From: Cyanobacteria bacterium J06626_4
GTDB lineage: Bacteria > Cyanobacteriota > Cyanobacteriia > Phormidesmidales > Phormidesmidaceae
Length of the DNA: 27,065 nt
Reading direction: 5' to 3'
Assembly (NCBI GenBank): GCA_038523235.1
Contig: JBCBJQ010000080.1
Coordinates: 1-27,065, forward strand
Below, piece after piece: positions 26,171-27,065 of the stretch. A program made the position numbers and the translations under genes. Position 1 is the stretch's first letter. Every line of letters begins with the position of its first letter. The notes beneath the pieces were generated by a model. It was given only the letters and a program-made list of their open reading frames with translations. It had not been told where the DNA came from and did not search any database.

Positions 26171-27030
26171 CTAGGCGTCGTCTAATGCGGCAATACCCGG
26201 AAGGGTTTTGCCCTCCAGAAGTTCTAGACTGGCTCCGCCACCGGTAGAGATGTGGCTCATTTGCTCAGCCACACCGACTTTCTCTACCGCGGCCACAGAG
26301 TCACCGCCGCCAATGATCGTCATGACGCCTTGGGGGGTGAGTTCTGCTAGGGTGTGGGCGATCGCCTCGGTGCCCGCAGCAAACTTGTCAAACTCGAATA
26401 CCCCCATGGGGCCATTCCAGATCGCCGATTTGCACTGCTTCAATGCGGCTTGAAATACTTTCACCGAATCGGGGCCAATATCCAAGCCCATCCAGCCATC
26501 GGGGATTGCCTCGACGCTGACGGTTTGAGCATTGGCATCGGGAGCAAAGTTATCAGCAACCACCACATCGGTCGGCAATAACAGCTCTACGCCCTTTTCT
26601 TTCGCTTTTGCTTCTAAAGATTTGGCGAGGTCAAGCTTATCTTCTTCCACCAACGACTTGCCGACCCCGAGACCGCGAGCCTGGTAAAAGGTAAACACCA
26701 TACCGCCGCCGATCAAGAGCTTGTCAACCTTATCGAGCAGGGTTTCAATCACGCCAATTTTGCTGGAAACCTTGGAACCGCCGATAATTGCCGCGAGAGG
26801 CCGCTGTGGATTTTCGATCGCCGCTTGCAAGTACTGCAGCTCTTTGTCGATCAAATAGCCGCCGACTGCAGGACTCAGATATTCCGTCACCCCTGCCGTT
26901 GAAGCATGAGCCCGGTGAGCCGTGCCAAACGCGTCATTCACATAAAGGTCGGCATTCGCCGCCAACTGCTGGGCAAATTCTGGATCGTTGCCCTCTTCAC
27001 CAGCATAAAACCGGACGTTTTCTAGCAGTG
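26171..27030 (-). CDS. pgk: Phosphoglycerate kinase, 5' part missing at the window end
   Basis: [49 protein letters not shown] and [11 protein letters not shown]. The track's N-terminal [10 protein letters not shown] comes from an inverted segment. Confidence 0.97.
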
Positions 27031-27065
27031 AATGGTTTACAAAACGGCCAAGTCGCACTGCTAGA
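27021..27065. repeat. 10-bp perfect inverted repeat flanking an inverted 25-bp pgk segment
   Basis: tctagcagtg (27021-27030) and cactgctaga (27056-27065). Confidence 0.9.

Larger units (their letters stand above)
856..26365. repeat. Dispersed HIP1 octamer (GCGATCGC)
   Basis: Roughly 30 or more copies counted by eye, for example at 856, 2494, 4114, 4742, 12001, 14911 and 26358. This is a cyanobacterial hallmark. Confidence 0.95.

Noticed and set aside
1..27065. CRISPR array, tRNA/rRNA genes, intact transposase or integrase
   Set aside because: No repeat-spacer periodicity, RNA gene signature or such ORF was seen. The many small antisense ORFs in the track are shadows of real genes.

Overview
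Cyanobacterial DNA (dense HIP1 GCGATCGC, petE, nblA, SLH protein; gene style suggests a filamentous Leptolyngbya-like organism, which is an inference). The window is probably a whole contig, since both ends look broken. Most of it is housekeeping and accessory genes: an hpsU-like acetyltransferase with two GT2 glycosyltransferases, deoC, a DUF1565/SLH protein, nblA, a radical SAM/SPASM enzyme, a two-domain class III nucleotide cyclase, hisIE, a degenerate MinD-like protein, petE, a GT39, a response regulator plus REC-GAF-GGDEF-EAL pair, a selD-fusion/mnmH/recF run, an unknown membrane protein and a 5'-truncated pgk. The strongest signal missing from the ORF track is at 1633-1770. There a triple-TIR gene stops and joins, through a 7-bp overlap and a frame change, the last 45 codons of a histidine-kinase ATPase domain, which suggests a deleted TIR-TIR-TIR-...-kinase gene. 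Other observations: a cyclase whose catalytic residues are split between its two domains, paired NtcA-like boxes upstream of the c-di-GMP operon, an 11-bp-periodic Pho-box-like array before the unknown membrane protein, a hairpin chain upstream of petE, and a 25-bp inversion in pgk at the window end that is probably an artefact.
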